A stretch of DNA of 62,893 nt, counting the filler, from Guillardia theta CCMP2712 (Eukaryota > Protista > Cryptophyta), in the NCBI RefSeq assembly GCF_000315625.1. It is 6 parts of 6 records of this genome, joined end to end, with 100 filler letters (N's around TTAATTAATTAA, not from the genome) between each part and the next. Parts side by side here need not be neighbours in the genome. Positions count along the whole stretch, not along the records: positions 4,976 to 28,583 come from NW_005434368.1; positions 28,684 to 33,557 come from NW_005434175.1; 4 more parts are not named here. One strand, given 5' to 3'. The translations under genes and the position numbers were made by a program. Below, piece by piece: positions 12,428 through 29,270 of this stretch (the stretch's first letter is position 1; the number at the start of each line of letters is the position of its first letter). The notes below the pieces were generated by a model, which saw only the letters and a list, made by a program, of their open reading frames with translations, had not been told where the DNA came from and made no database searches.

Positions 12428-13450
12428 ATGCGTTCAAACCCTCATCTCAACACGCAAGACTTTCTTTCCCGGGTGAATGATATCTGTGAAGTCGACGGTC
12501 ACGACCGCGTCTCGGCTGAATTCAGTGCTCACGACGATGTTGGTGAAAGCATGCTGCGGTCTGCCTCAGCTTCCTCAACTGTCTCTCAACCCCTCCAAAG
12601 ATGTGTGGAGCTTGGTAACCTTGCACGCTCTCATTGTGCAAGTCGCTCATTTCTTCTTCCGTTCTAGCCCACGACCCACTAACTAGCAAACGACGTTCGA
12701 TGGAGGGCTGGTTGTTCTGGTATCGAAAGATGTTGGAGTTAGGCCACGCCAAGCCTGCCATGAGCGAGAGTGACGAGGTGCATCGGCATAAGGCTGACTC
12801 AGAGAAGGAGATGCTGGGGTTCCTGCTGGGCAACGAGGACTCGAGGAAGTTTCGGGATATCGTCGAGAGTTGTTCGAGTCACGAGCGAGAGGAGGTGATC
12901 CGAGTAGTGGCGTATCAGAGAGAGGGAGAAGAGAGGAGGGAGGGAGGGAGGGAGGGAGGGAGGGAGGGAGAGAGAGAGAGGGAGGGAGGGAGAGGAAGCA
13001 GACAGAAGAGACGGAGATAGAAAGGAGAGAGAGAGCGTGCGAGAGAATTGGTTGTAGGGGAAGCTTGGGGAGAGAAGGGAGAGAGAGAAGAGGTGGGGCG
13101 AGAGCGGGGAATGGGAGGGATGGGGGAAAGCGAGAGAGAGAGAGAGAGAGAACAGATATGAAACGCATAGGGAGGGGCGGCGTGGAGAGAGCAAGTTCAT
13201 CGTAAATCGTGGTCGTTGCGATTTGAGTTGTAGAAAATTGTGTTGAGGATCGGAGGGGACATCAGAGACTAACAGGAAGAGAGGAGCGATGCTGACATAC
13301 ACGCTCGCGTCCCCAGCAGCCCAAACATGATGGGAGGCTCGAGCGATGAGGCTGAAGAGGAACATTTGCGCCATCGACCTCCTCCTGTCGTGTTGAATAA
13401 AAGCACAGAACTGACCCTCCAACACCCTCATCATTACCTCTGCCCTGCCC
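12428..13450 (+). CDS. Hypothetical spliced protein with weak MPN/JAB N-terminal resemblance
   Basis: HKADSEKEMLGFLLG resembles the MPN start motif (H..S...EVMGLL.G). No HxH..D motif found. Confidence 0.25.
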
Positions 13451-13959
13451 CTGCCTGCCTGCCTCCGTCCCTCCGTTCGTCTACCTGTCTTGTCTGCCTG
13501 CCTATCCGTCTTGTCTGCCTTCCTGCCCCCCTGTCTCCCTCCCTCCCTCCCTCCGTCTGCCTCTCCTCGTCATCCTTGACTTCGTCTTGCTTGGGTTGGG
13601 CTCAATTTGTACTAGTACAATAAATTCGCAACCTGAAATAGGGCCTCCTCCCCCTGCTCCTCCCCTGCCCTCCTCCCCCTGCTCCTCCCTGCTCCTCCCC
13701 TGCCCTCCTGCCCTGCCCTCCTGCCCTGCCCTCCTCCCCTGCCCTCCTCCCCTGCCCTCCTGCCCTCGCCTCTTGCTTCTCTCCTCCCCCTGTTCCCTTC
13801 CCTCCTCCCCTCTCCCGCCCTACAGACCTGGTCGTTCCCCGGCTGTTCTGTTTCTTCATCTACCGTGAGCGTCAGTTTTCTTCACCTGCTCTTCCGTATC
13901 ATCTCAGTGTCAGAGGCTCGTGAGGAAGTTGCTGGTGGTTGCAGCAGAGCGTCTCCATC

Positions 13960-16900
13960 ATGGCGAGGGTCTTGAGGTACGGAGCCAAGGTGTCGCTCTT
14001 TGCCGAGGAGATGAAGGGCTTCGTCGTCAGCGACGGTTTCATACGCCAGCATGTCCACGTGGAGTGTCTGAGAGAGGACGAGCACAACATCCCTGACTTC
14101 GAGGTGAGCTAACCCAAACTTCCTCTCCCTGCTGCTCTCCTTGCTCCCCCCCCCCCCCCCCCCCCCTCCTGCCTCCGTTCGTTCCCTCACCGAGATAGCA
14201 GAGAGCTTTGTTTCAAGTCCTCCCGAGACAAGAGAGTCACGCCACGCGCATCTTGAGCTCGTACCTGCAGTCCTTGCAGCTTCCCAGCGGAGTGAAGCCA
14301 GAGACTTTCTTGAGCGGGGAGGAGCAGGAGCGATACAAGCAGCTGGTAAGCCTCGCCGAGCAGGAGCGGCACCTGAACAAGCAGATGTTGAGGACCTTGT
14401 ACGGCAACGAGGTGCTGGCAGGGGATTTCATTCAATTCAAGCACATCAGCAGCGACCGGTACCTGCGGTTTCTCTTGGGGGCCTCCTCGTCCTCAGAGTC
14501 GATGGAAGTGGAGCTAGACGACTCCAGCAACGCCTCCGCCTTCTCTCTCACCTGCCCCTACACACGCGACGCCGGCAAGACGCGCATCTCGATTCAGGAT
14601 CACGTGTACATCATTCCCGACCGATCGCTTCCTGGGTTCCTCGGCTGCTCCTCGGAAGACAAGGAGCTCGCGTTCCAGTGCAACCTCAACTCAGTGGCGC
14701 TCAAGGTCGTCGACGGCCCGATGAAGTTTCTGCTGCACCTCTACCAAGACGCTGAGACGAGCGTCAAAGACGCCGAGCTCTCCGAGGGTCTCCGTGCTGG
14801 CAGCTTCCTCCAGCTGTTTCAGCCCAGCTCGAACTGCCTGCTGGCTGCTGTCCCCATTCATGGGAGAGACTTCGCCATGGTCGTGTCGGAGCGGGTGGAC
14901 TCGCTTCAAGACGGCTCCCTCCACTCCCTCTGGGTCGTCGAGCAGGTCGACCCCTCCGTCGGCGGCTCGTTGAGCATCAAGTCTTCCTTCAGGCTCCGCA
15001 ACCTGGCGACAGGAGGATACCTGTGCCCGAGCAAGACCAGCACCAGCGAGCTGACGCTTATGGCCAAGGAGATGCGCTACTGGAGCAACGAGTCCGCCGA
15101 CTACCTCACCCGCTCCTGCTTCGAGTTCCACCGCCCCATGGAGAGCGACGTACCAGACGAGGGGGTCTCGGAGCAGGTTCTCTTCTGGTTGTTCTTCGGC
15201 TCGGAGGAGCATGGAGGTTACCTGCACGTGAGAGAGAACGAGCACGCGCTCCTCCTGCCCTCGCCAGGATCCAACCAGGGAGTTTTCTTGTCTCCAGTGA
15301 GCCAGGAGACGAGGCAAACGGCGACGCTTGTGCTGCGAGCTGAGAGACTGTTGGCGGCGACGCTGCGAGCTGAGAAAGAGCCGCGAGCTCTGACGTGTCA
15401 AGAGATGATCGCCGTGATCGAGGTCCTCAAGCTCCTCAGCCTCCGCTTGAAGGCTCGCCTCAAGGACAGCAAGCACCTGCTCGTCTTCCAAGGCTTCTTG
15501 CGGCAGAGCGGAGTGATACGGATGGTGACGGGGGCGGCGAGGGAGCAGAAGGAGGAGGTGAAGCTGCAGGCTGCTAGCAGGGACGTGCGAAGCGTGTTTC
15601 AATCCGCAACTCTCAGCTACAGCATGGAGTTTCTCTCTGCTGTCTTTCAATTCTTGCGCTTGGCGATGGCGAACAACGAGGCCGTGTGTCAAGAGGTCTT
15701 CCTCAGGCTGCCTCTCGACCTCCTCCTCCTAGACCCAGCTGGCTTCAGTTCTCATTACCTCAAGTCCAACTTCATTCAAGACCTCGTCGCTTGTTACCTC
15801 CAAGTCTACCAGACCAGCTTCAGTGCCTTGTTTGACATCAACTTCTCAGTGTTGGAGTCGTTCCTCAAGGTCCTCGAGAACCATCACAAGGCTGCTTCCT
15901 TCGTCTTCGCCATCTTGCGAAGTCTTCTCACCTACAAGAACGTCAAACTCCGTAAGAATGCGCAGACTGTTTACAGCTTGCTCTTTGACATGCAAGGTTC
16001 GATCGCGCTGCCAAGAACAGCCATGCTGGATGGGTCCGTGCATGTTTGTCTCGACGTCGATTGGAAGGACAAAACCAAGTGGCGCAAGGCTGAAGTGCTG
16101 GCGGACGAGGAGGACACGAGGGAGTACTACAACGAGTTCGAGTTGCTGCTGTCGGAGCTCTGCCAGAACCAGGAGTGGTTTGACGCAGACGTGCAGAAGC
16201 GCTTGGAGCGAGAGCTCTTCCTCTCCCTCGAGGCCGGCGCTCTCATCATCGCCGACGAAGAGCTTCCCCTCGCTGTCCGCACCTCCCTCTCTCTCCTTGT
16301 CTCCACCGTCTACATCAACAAGGCGGAGCGCGAGGGCGACGCGATCCTCGACGGCCTCTTCGTCCTCTGGCCGAGGATCAGGGGTGACGCTACTGACAAG
16401 ACTGGGAGCGGCTTAGGGGGGTCCGGGGACTTGGCAGCGGTTGTGTCGCAGCTCAAGGGAAGCATTCTCAAGGCTCTTCGTGCCGCCCCTTCTCAGGTCC
16501 TCGCGCTCCTCCTCCTCGCGCTCCTCCTCCTCGCGCTCCTCCTCCTCGCGCTCCTCCTCCTCGCGCTCCTCCTCCTCGCGCTCCTCCTCCTCGCGCTCCT
16601 CCTCCTCGCGCTCCTCCTCCTCGCGCTCCTCCTCCTCGCGCTCCTCCTCCTGGGTCGCTGACCAGCTGGCAGGGACGGGAGGGGTTGGAGTACTTGGGGG
16701 CTCAGACTAGGTTGCTGCACAAGTTTCTGGAGGCAGGGCTCTACGACAAGGAGATCGCTCAGGCCTTCCATGCTCCCTCCCTCCCCGACCAGCCCCGCAG
16801 CCTCCTCCTCACCCTCATGCACGAGCTGATGGCTGCTTTCTTCCATACCTGGACTCGCAACGAGCCTGCGCTCCTGGACAAGGTCGCAGCAGGCGCGAGC

Positions 16901-19900
16901 AGGAGAAGAGAAGTGACTTGCAGCAGGTGAATGAGATCAGAAGGCTCATTCTCACGACCCTCAACCTGCTCTCAAAGGTGGCTTCTGCTTGCCTTGTCTT
17001 GTTGTACCGCAGGTCTTCTCTTGACTCTCTTGAAGCTCCGCATGAAAGAAAAACTGCGACGCGTGCTTCAGCTGTGCGAGGAAGACTTTCACTTGTGCTC
17101 GGGGCACATGGCGGACAACGACAGCAAGGTGAAGTACAAGTTGATGATGAGAAGCCTCTGACGTCTGTTCCTTGTCAGGTCGCGTTCGGCATGTTTGACA
17201 ACGCGCACGTGCAAGGCTTGATGGGTCAGCTGCGAGTAGAAGGGCGCGACATAATGCGGGTGATCGAGTGCGTGACGAGGAGCGAGGACAAGGCGTTGGA
17301 GAAAGAAGCAGCGGAGCTGATGCTGAGGAACCTCGACGAGCCAGAGCTGCTGCTGTTCGAGCTGCGGCAGATGAAGATCCTAGAGAGTGAAGTCATGTCC
17401 GAGGACCTCTCCCTCCTCCGAGACCTCGCGGATCGCCTGCTCCGAAGCTCTGACTTTCTGTTCCTCCTCCACCATCACGTGCGGGGTCGACGGCAGGAGA
17501 CTAGATACGACCTGCTGATACAAGGCTTCATCAACAAAGTCGCGCCTGCCTCTGCTGTAGAGCTTCTTGGCTCTCCTGCTGGTCTGACGGAACGAGCAGG
17601 TTCGAGAGCACGTGCTCACCCGAAGCCCTAGCGAGGTGATGCCGCTGGTCCCGTCGCTTCTCTCTGACGCCTGCAGGTCTTCACTTCCTCCTTCCCTGCC
17701 CTCACGTCGCACGGAGAAGAAGCGTTCGCAGCTCAGGCGGCGGAGCTTCGGTCGATGCTGCTGCTCATGGTGCTGCGCTTGGGGGAGGGAGCGAGCTGAT
17801 GGGCTGGCAGAAGGAGAAGGTCTGCGAGAACCAAACGATCCCGAGGGCCGTGCTGGAGCACGCGACCTCAAGCGTGAGCGTATGGAGGATAGCGGTAAAA
17901 GCAGTGAAGATGGTGTGGGAGAATGGAATCTCTAAGGCAAGTCTGATGGAAACTATGCTGATGTGATGCTGATGTGATGCTGGTATGATGCTGATGTGAT
18001 GCTGATGTGATGCTGATGTGATGCTGGTATGATGCTGGTATGATGCTGGTATGATGCTGATGTGATGCTGGTATGATGCTGATGTGATGCTGGTATGATG
18101 CTGGTATGATGCTGGTATGATGCTGGTATGATGGTGGTATGATGCTGGTATGATGCTGGTATGATGGTGGTATGATGCTGATGTGCTGGTATGATGGTGC
18201 AGGAGGAGCAGACTGGCTACTCTCTGGCACAGACTTGCATCGACATGCTGTTAGAGTACGCGAGCAGCAATGATTCAGCGTCCATGGACATCTTGACAGA
18301 CGTCGACCTTCTCCTCGACATCCTCGCAAGTCCTCAAGGTCTGCCCCTTCGCCTCGACTCGCTTCTCTGTCTCCTCTTCCGTCATCGCTACGAGGCCTGC
18401 CTCAGGTTCGGCCAGACCGTGATCAAGCGGGTGGTAGCGCTCATCTACCAGGAGGGGAGGAGGTTTCCCTACCTCAAGGTCCTCCTCTCCCTCCTCTCCC
18501 CTGGCGGCCGCGAGGTGAAGCAGAACCAGTCGCGGACGTTCAACCTGCTCAAGTTCCAGCGAGAAGAAACGCTCTTCCTGCCTTGGAGCGAGAACGAGAT
18601 CCTGAGCCTGCAGAGCATGTGCCGTAGCCGCGAGTGCCTGGCGGTCGAGGACGTGGAGAGCTTCAAGCGATGGAACCAAACCTCTTTCTTCGACCCGGTG
18701 TGGAATCAGAACCTCCTCCTTGACTCTCAGGTACTGCAAAGTGAAAGACGAGAGGGAGGGGGAGGAGTTATGCTGTATCGCTGCTTACAGTCTTTACAGC
18801 TCATGTATTCCATCTTCTCCTTCGAAGTTCTTGCTGAGTGCTGCAAGGGCAAGAGGAGTCACAAGATGAAGAAGGAGCTTGCGACGATGATCAGCAGTCA
18901 AGTCTGTTGCGATCTCATAGTCTCCAAGATCTACATGGCAGACATCAAGGTGTCTGTCCTCAGGTTCGTGCTCGAAGTGCATCTCAACCTCGACGAGCCT
19001 CTGCATCGCAAGCCAGACCCTCATCTCATGAGGACGCTCCTCTACACTGGTCGCATGCTGCCCGCGGTGCTGAAGCACAACTCCAACCATGGCTACTGCC
19101 ACCCGCAGGAGTCGCTTCCCTTGTCCCTCCTCCTCTCTCAGCTTCTCCTCCGCCTCTCCTCGCGGCTGCTGCAGCTGCTCAAGCTCGAGGACCTCCCCTC
19201 AAAGACGCTGAGGGACCTGACGCGGGCCTGCGGGAGCCTCGTCACCTTCTTGTGGCAGAATCAGCTGGAGTCGCTGGTGGGGGAGTGCCGAGACTTGTTC
19301 AAGCAGCTCAAGGACAAGCCCTCCCTGCTCAACGAACACACGCGCTTCCTCGTCGAGACCCAGCTGCATACCGAGCTGAGCTCGGAGAGCGCTGCTGCCC
19401 CCTCGGCCACCTTCAAGCCCAAGATCGCAGACTTCGCGAGCTCCTTCATCCATCGCTTGTCCGCGCTCATGGCAGGACGAGAGGCTGAGCCGATCATGGA
19501 GGGCTCGTCTCAGAGCCTCTACCTCGACTTCATCCTCAAGCACGTGAGAAGGAGCGAGCTGGAGCCCCAGCTGCTTCAGCGTCTGATGATCATCACCCTG
19601 CGATGCCTTGAGAGCCTCTCGCCGCACGAGCTGAGAAGGGAGCGCTGCGGGCAGGTGGTCTCCTCGCTCCTCTACCTCATCTCGTCGGGTAGGCACCACA
19701 AGCAGGCACTCCGCACCCTCAACTCGCTCTTGCGACGTCCGCTGCCGCAGCTGCGGGTGGAGTGCGAGCGATACTTGAAGAGGACGGAGGTCGGGTTCGT
19801 GTTCCCGACGCTGCACGCAGAGCTCAGCCGGTGGATCATGCAGCGGCAGTCCAGGGGGGGGGAGGAGGACGTGGAGCTTTCAGCCCTGGCTGAGACCCTC

Positions 19901-22675
19901 GACTTCATCCGGCTGGTGTGCGAGGGGTCAAGCCCGGCGATGCAGCGAATGTTCCACAAGCAGCCGACGTCGTTGACAAGCTGCGACGTGTTGTCCGAGC
20001 TTATCAACCTCATCTCCGAGCTCAGCAGAGACCTCAGCTGCATCAGCTTTAGCCTAGTCACGTCGGCGACCCTCGCAGTGCGATCGCTGATCAAGGGGCC
20101 GCAGGCGGACAACGTGCGGCTGATCTTGAGAAGCAACCTGTTCGAGGCGATCAACTGCATGCTGGAAGCTCCGGCAGAGGAGGAGGAGCGGAGGGAGGAG
20201 GAGGCTGCGAACTTCTTCGAGATGCAGAGGAGCATAGCAGACCTGCTGATCCTTCTGCTGGAGGAGAACGCCGTCTGCGAGGCTCAGATTCCGACGACGA
20301 TGATGTCGATCCTCAACCTGCGGGGCGCGTTCAACTATTGCGTGCGCGTGTATCGCTCATGGGAGAAGCAGCGGCGGCAGGAGAAGCAGGAGGGGGAAGG
20401 GGAAGAGCGGCAGGGAAGGTCGACGGAGAGGGTCATGTTGTCATCTGGTTTTCAATACTTCATCTTCCTGAAAGACCTCCGAAGTTACCTGAGGCCCGAG
20501 GAGGAGGAGGAAGTCGAGCTGTTCGGCGAGAGGCTGCTGGCGTATCAGTTCTTCGAGCAAGGGATAGCGAGGGTAGAGATCGTGAGGAGACTGCGAGGCG
20601 ACGAGCACTTGTATACCATCACCAAACACTTTCAACTCCCGTCCATCGCTCAGTTTGTGACTGCAGAGATCAAACACAAGTACAAGAGGGTGTTGGTACA
20701 CGAGGATAAGATGATGCAACTCCGCCTCCTCTTGGACTGCACGGCAGACATCAACCATGAGGCTGAGATCCAGCAGCTGCTGCTCAGCCATCGAGTGACC
20801 CTGGTGCTGGTCAAGCTCAGGCCGTACGCGAAGCATCTCTACCTCCTCAATGTCTTTGCGCTGAACCTCCTCGTCTTCCTCTACTTCAGGTAGCCCCTCC
20901 TCTTACATCGATCTTCCTCTCACGTTGATCCCACTTATACTGTCTTGTACTGTTTTGTGCTGTCTCGTTTTCCGTGCTCATTGTCATGCAGTCAGAAGCT
21001 TATCCTCACTGACAACACCGGAGCTCCGGCAGTGACGTATCAGCCTCGCATGCTCGAAGCGGCTCGAGAGGCCATGACGAGCTTCTTCTTGCATGTGCAG
21101 ACCATCATGGAGGTGATTCTGTGCGGAGAGGCGCAAGTTACCATCCTCCTCCTCTGTTACCGCAAGGTCGGCAGCGACTTCTCATCGCTCTCCTCCAGTG
21201 CCGGCAGCAACAAGTCCTCCTCGTATCCTCTCCTGCCTCAACGCTTCTTCAGCTTCTTCCGAGCGTTCAACGCCGCCAACTCATTCCAGCAGAAGCATGC
21301 GTACTGGCGGCTCCTCGCTCTCTTCCTGGTGCTCTACATGGAGGCGACGGTGTCGTATGCGAACCAGGCAGTGATGCTCTTGTCTTCGCTCTTGCTGCTC
21401 GAGATCTTCGTTCGATCTCATCTCGTGCAGGAGATGTCGAAGATGACGTGGAAGAACAAGGACGTCTACGTCTTCCTCGGCCTCATCGCCTTAGCCGTCT
21501 GCTCTCTCTTCGGCGCCTTCCTCTTCCTCTTCTTTGCTGGCTCCCTCAGCTTTCCCGTCTCCTCGGCCTCCTCTTGCTCCAACTACCTCCGCACCGACTT
21601 CGCTGCTTCCGCCGGTTTCAGCGCCCTCATCTCCATCCTGCTGGGGCTGCAACGGGCTGACCTTGGGAGAGTGCTGGGGCCGCTTGTCTGGCCTCCTCCC
21701 TGCCCTTCTCCTCCCTTGTACGGCTGCTCCTGCAACGGCACTGAGACCGCGCGAGCCTGCCTGCAGCTGGCGGAGGGGACGTGCGAGACAGCAGCATGGA
21801 AGCGAGTGTTGGCAGGCTACTCGGACGTGCAACAGTGCGGAAGCATCTTCAGCGAGGACAAGGCGAAAGTTTGGATCTTCCTGGTAAGACCGTGACAATG
21901 TTGGGCTGGTGGTGGTGGTGGTGGTGGTGCTGCTGCTGTTCTCTGCTGCTGCTGCTGCTGAGATCATTGTGCAGGGAGTCACGGCGCTCTACGGGCTGGT
22001 GGTGGTGTTGATCCTCTACTTTATCTTCGCTTCGCTCATCATCGACCTGTACAAGTCTCTCCGGCAGTCGCGGGCCATCCAGCCCTCCCTCCTCCTCGAC
22101 TCCTGCTTCATCTGTGGCATGCACAGGAACAGCTTCGACCCTCGCGGCTTCCCCGGAGAGGAGCAGAGCTTCAGCGAGCACCTCGCCCGGCACAGCTTGT
22201 GGCTCTACGTCCTCTTCTTCTCCCGCATCCTCGAGAAGCAGCGCCGGCACGACAGTCTGAGCGCGTCGGAAGAGTTCGTGCTGGGCAAGGTAGCGCATGC
22301 GATGCTCTAGAGCTCTCGCTGACTTGACGATCCCAGCTGCGGGAGCGAGACATCTCCTTCTTTCCTCTCCTCACCAGCCTTGACCGCCGTCGGCGAGCAG
22401 GTGGCAAGTCAAGTTTGACTGCCAGCGCTTACCGGCATCTGCTGGGGATGGCGGAAGAGCAGAAGAAGAGCTTGCTCGGGGTGTACCGGGCGGTCCATGT
22501 CATGCGGAAGAAGTTGACGCGGCAGCCTCGCTCGAGAGCTGGGAGGCAGGTGGGGAGCGCAGGGGACGTCGAAGACTTCGTGCCGGAGTGCGTGAGGGAT
22601 GTGATGCATGCCATCTCGATCAGCAAGCGCTACTCTCCCTTCAAGACGTTCCTGCTGCCCTCCAGCAGGGCATGA
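13960..22675 (+). CDS. IP3-receptor/ryanodine-receptor-like Ca2+ release channel
   Basis: N-terminal LRYGAKVSLFAE..GF, MIR-like FRLRNLATGGYL, RIH-associated LDFIRLVCEG..MQRMF..Q and LIKGP..DN, FF..IARVEIVR, TM helices, then LIIDLYKSLR, CFICG..R.SFD, F.EHL..H.LW.Y..F and DISFFP. ATG 13960, first donor 14104, stop 22675. Confidence 0.92.
16498..16651 (+). repeat. 15-bp intronic minisatellite (ctcgcgctcctcctc)x~10
   Basis: Follows the cag|gt donor at ~16497 and produces the artefactual LLLLA run. Confidence 0.9.
17955..18198 (+). repeat. 11-bp intronic minisatellite (tgatgctggta / tgatgctgatg variants)
   Basis: Direct reading; ends just before a cag acceptor. Confidence 0.9.
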
Positions 22676-22889
22676 ACTTGCCTCCTCAGTCCTCGTATTG
22701 TATGTACATACACCTCCCCCTCATCTCTTGTTTCGCAGCGCCATGTCCGCTCGGATCGCTCGCTTGTCCATGACGATGCGGTCGAGCCAAGACTCCTTGA
22801 AGCGTCTGGGGGGAACAAACACAGTGTGAGGACAGCAGGGGCGAGAAGGGATGGAGGGAGGAGGGATGGAGGGAGGAGGGAGGGAGGGG

Positions 22890-24514
22890 CGAAGGGGCGA
22901 ACCTGCCGAGATCGGTATTGTAGTGAAAGATCATCCTCTCATTTTCGAGGTTGTATCTGCAGCTCTATCATTCTTCTCCTCTCCTCTCCTCTCCTCTCCT
23001 CTCCTCTCCTCTCCTCTCCTCGCCTCTCCTCTCCTCTCCTCTCCTCTCCTCTCCTCTCCTCTCCTCTCTCGATCTCTTGCCTGACGTTGGGCACGAGGGC
23101 AGTCTCGAAGTCTTCAGCTACAGTGAAGTAGACGCGGACCACAGGCCAGGCGATCGGCTCCTCCTTAGAGGGCTTGGAGAAGAGAGCGACGAACTCGAGC
23201 TTGTCGGTCCCCAGGGCCCCGTCCTGGCATGCAGGTCAGCAACAAGAGCGACTGCAGGAGCAAAACAACCGCCAGCTCAACCGACCGCGCGTAGCTGGTC
23301 GCCCACTTGCGGATGAGGTCTTCAAGCATGACACAAGCTTTCTTCTGCAACGCGCTCATGTTGGCCTTCTTGTCCACCAGCGTCGGCGTGTGCTGCTTCC
23401 TCTCTCCTCGCATCGCCAACAGGTTGGCACGAGACTGCAAGCCTCGTGCTTGCTTGTCGTCTACTCGGCTGACTTTAGTGGGAGTGAGGTAGGAGCTGGT
23501 GAGAGAGCCTCCTCGTTCGAACACTGCCTGCTTGTTCAGCTTTTTCTCGGTCTCCTGAGTCACCTCGAGCTTCTCTTCCTCTGCCTTGAGTCGCTCCCTT
23601 TCCTCCACCTGCTCCCGCTTCTGGTGTATCGCCTTGCGATCTCTGAACCCCCTGTAGAGCGACTGCATCTTAGTTGCTGCGACCATCTCCTCCTTGGAGG
23701 CTGCCTGCGAGTACGTCTTGGCCTGCTCCACTACCTTCTCGTCCGCCAGCTGCTTGATCTTGTCCTTGGATGACTTCTCCACCAAGTCGCTCGGCTTCAT
23801 CCCCCCCTCTATGCGAGCCTGCCTGTCCAAGAATGCAGCTCGAGCTGCTGCTGGGCCGTACGTCTTGATGATCGATCTCGTCCTCTTGCCTCGGGCAAGC
23901 GCCTGGATCTTCACCGCGGCTTGTTCTTTCTTCCTTTTCTCAGTCCTGACTTTGTTTCCCCTTCCTAAAGCCTGTATCTTGACCGCCGCATCCTGCTCTT
24001 TCTTCTTCTCCTTCCTGACCTTCCTGCCCCTCCCGAGTGCCTGGATCTTCTTGGCAGCATCATCCTCCCCAAGTTGACCGCTCGATCGCATTGCCTGAAG
24101 CTCTGGTTGTGCCATGCCACTGTCTGCTTCCACATGCTCCTGTTTTTCCTGAGAGCCAGCATCCTCCTGCATGGTAGCTTCCTGCTGTGCCTCCTCCTGT
24201 TGCTCCTCTACTCCCGCCTCTTGCTTCTCCACCTCCTCCTTCTTTGCTTCCTCCTCCTGCGCTTCTCCCTTCTTCTCTGCCTCCTCCTCCTCCTCTCCCT
24301 TCTTCTCTGCGTCCTCCTCCTCCTCCTCTCCCTTCTTCTGTGCGTCCTCCTCCTTCTCCTCTCCCTTCTCCTCTCCCTCCTCCTCCTCCTCTCCCTTCTT
24401 CTCTCCCTCCTCCTCCTCCTCTCCCTTCTTCTCTCCCTCCTCCTCCTCCTCTCCCTTCTTCTCTCCCTCTCCCTCCTCCTTCTCCATCGCGGCGCTTGCA
24501 GTTGATTCTTCCAT
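22890..24514 (-). CDS. IQ-motif (calmodulin-binding) protein with acidic E/K-rich N-terminal repeats
   Basis: Four IQ motifs: KIQALGRGRKVR, KIQALGRGNKVR, KIQALARGKRTR and KMQSLYRGFRDR. GEKKGEEEEE repeats. 3' exons approximate. Confidence 0.85.
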
Positions 24515-24825
24515 TGGGCCTGCCGTTGGTTGTGATGTTCTGGCTTTGTTCTCTGAGGCAGGCTCTCTCACTGTAACCGTTCAAAACGGCCAAAAATTGT
24601 GAAATGGAGGAGCGAGGAGAGTAGGGAGGGAGATATAGGATTTACTGGCAGAAGATAAAAAGGAGGGAGATGGCGAGGAGAGTAGGGAGGGAGATGGCGA
24701 GGAGGGAGAGGAAATGGAATCAAAGGAGGGGAGGGGATGGATGGATGGAGGGAGGGATGGGTGGATTTCGGTATGACTGTGAGATCGCAGGTGATCGATT
24801 GATCCGGCGTAGAGCATCGGCTGCC

Positions 24826-28535
<3,710 letters not shown>

Positions 28536-29270
28536 CATCTTCATCGTCACATCACTCTCCTCACCTCCGAGGCCCAGCTGAGANNNNNNNNNNNNNNNNN
28601 NNNNNNNNNNNNNNNNNNNNNNNNNNNTTAATTAATTAANNNNNNNNNNNNNNNNNNNNNNNNNNNNNNNNNNNNNNNNNNNNGGGGGGGGGTTGATTTA
28701 AGAATGGCTCCAGACGGGCAGGCTAGCTGCACGCCTGGCAGTGCGACTCTAGAGCACTCCCAATTGTAAACCACCCTTGGTGGTAATTAGACCCTATATC
28801 CACCCCTCTTTCTTAATACAAAGTACCCACCCATTTCTCGACCAAAACCCCCTACCCACCCCCTTTGTTCCTCTACTCGGCCTTGACCCAACAGCCCCCG
28901 CCATGCTGGCTGCGAAAGATGCCATTTCCCTCTAACCCTTCGCTGTCACTCGAGCCATGCTTTGTTCCCCTCCTCCTCAACTTGTTTCCTCCCATCCTGG
29001 TGAATGCTGAATTGAGCTCATCGTCTTCTTCTCTTCTTCTCTTCCTCACTTCCTCTTGTTCATTCCTGCGCAGCGTGTTTTCACTCTACCTTTACGTTGT
29101 GGTGTGAGGTTTATTTCTGCTGGTTACCTACTTGATCGCTTAGTTTCGATTTGTTCTTTGATTCATTTCCCTGTCTTTCTCTTGCTCGCAACATCCTGAC
29201 AGCCCATTCTGCTCGTAGTCAGCCGTGAAGAAATCCAACTTACATTTTGTGGGCAAGGTATCGAGCGAGC

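Noticed and set aside
16441-16846. Poly-Leu/Ser/Arg ORFs and similar ones at 22826-23316, 25651-26274, 27429-28535, 32376-33094 and 35868-36516
   Set aside because: These are translations of micro- and minisatellites, mostly intronic or intergenic.
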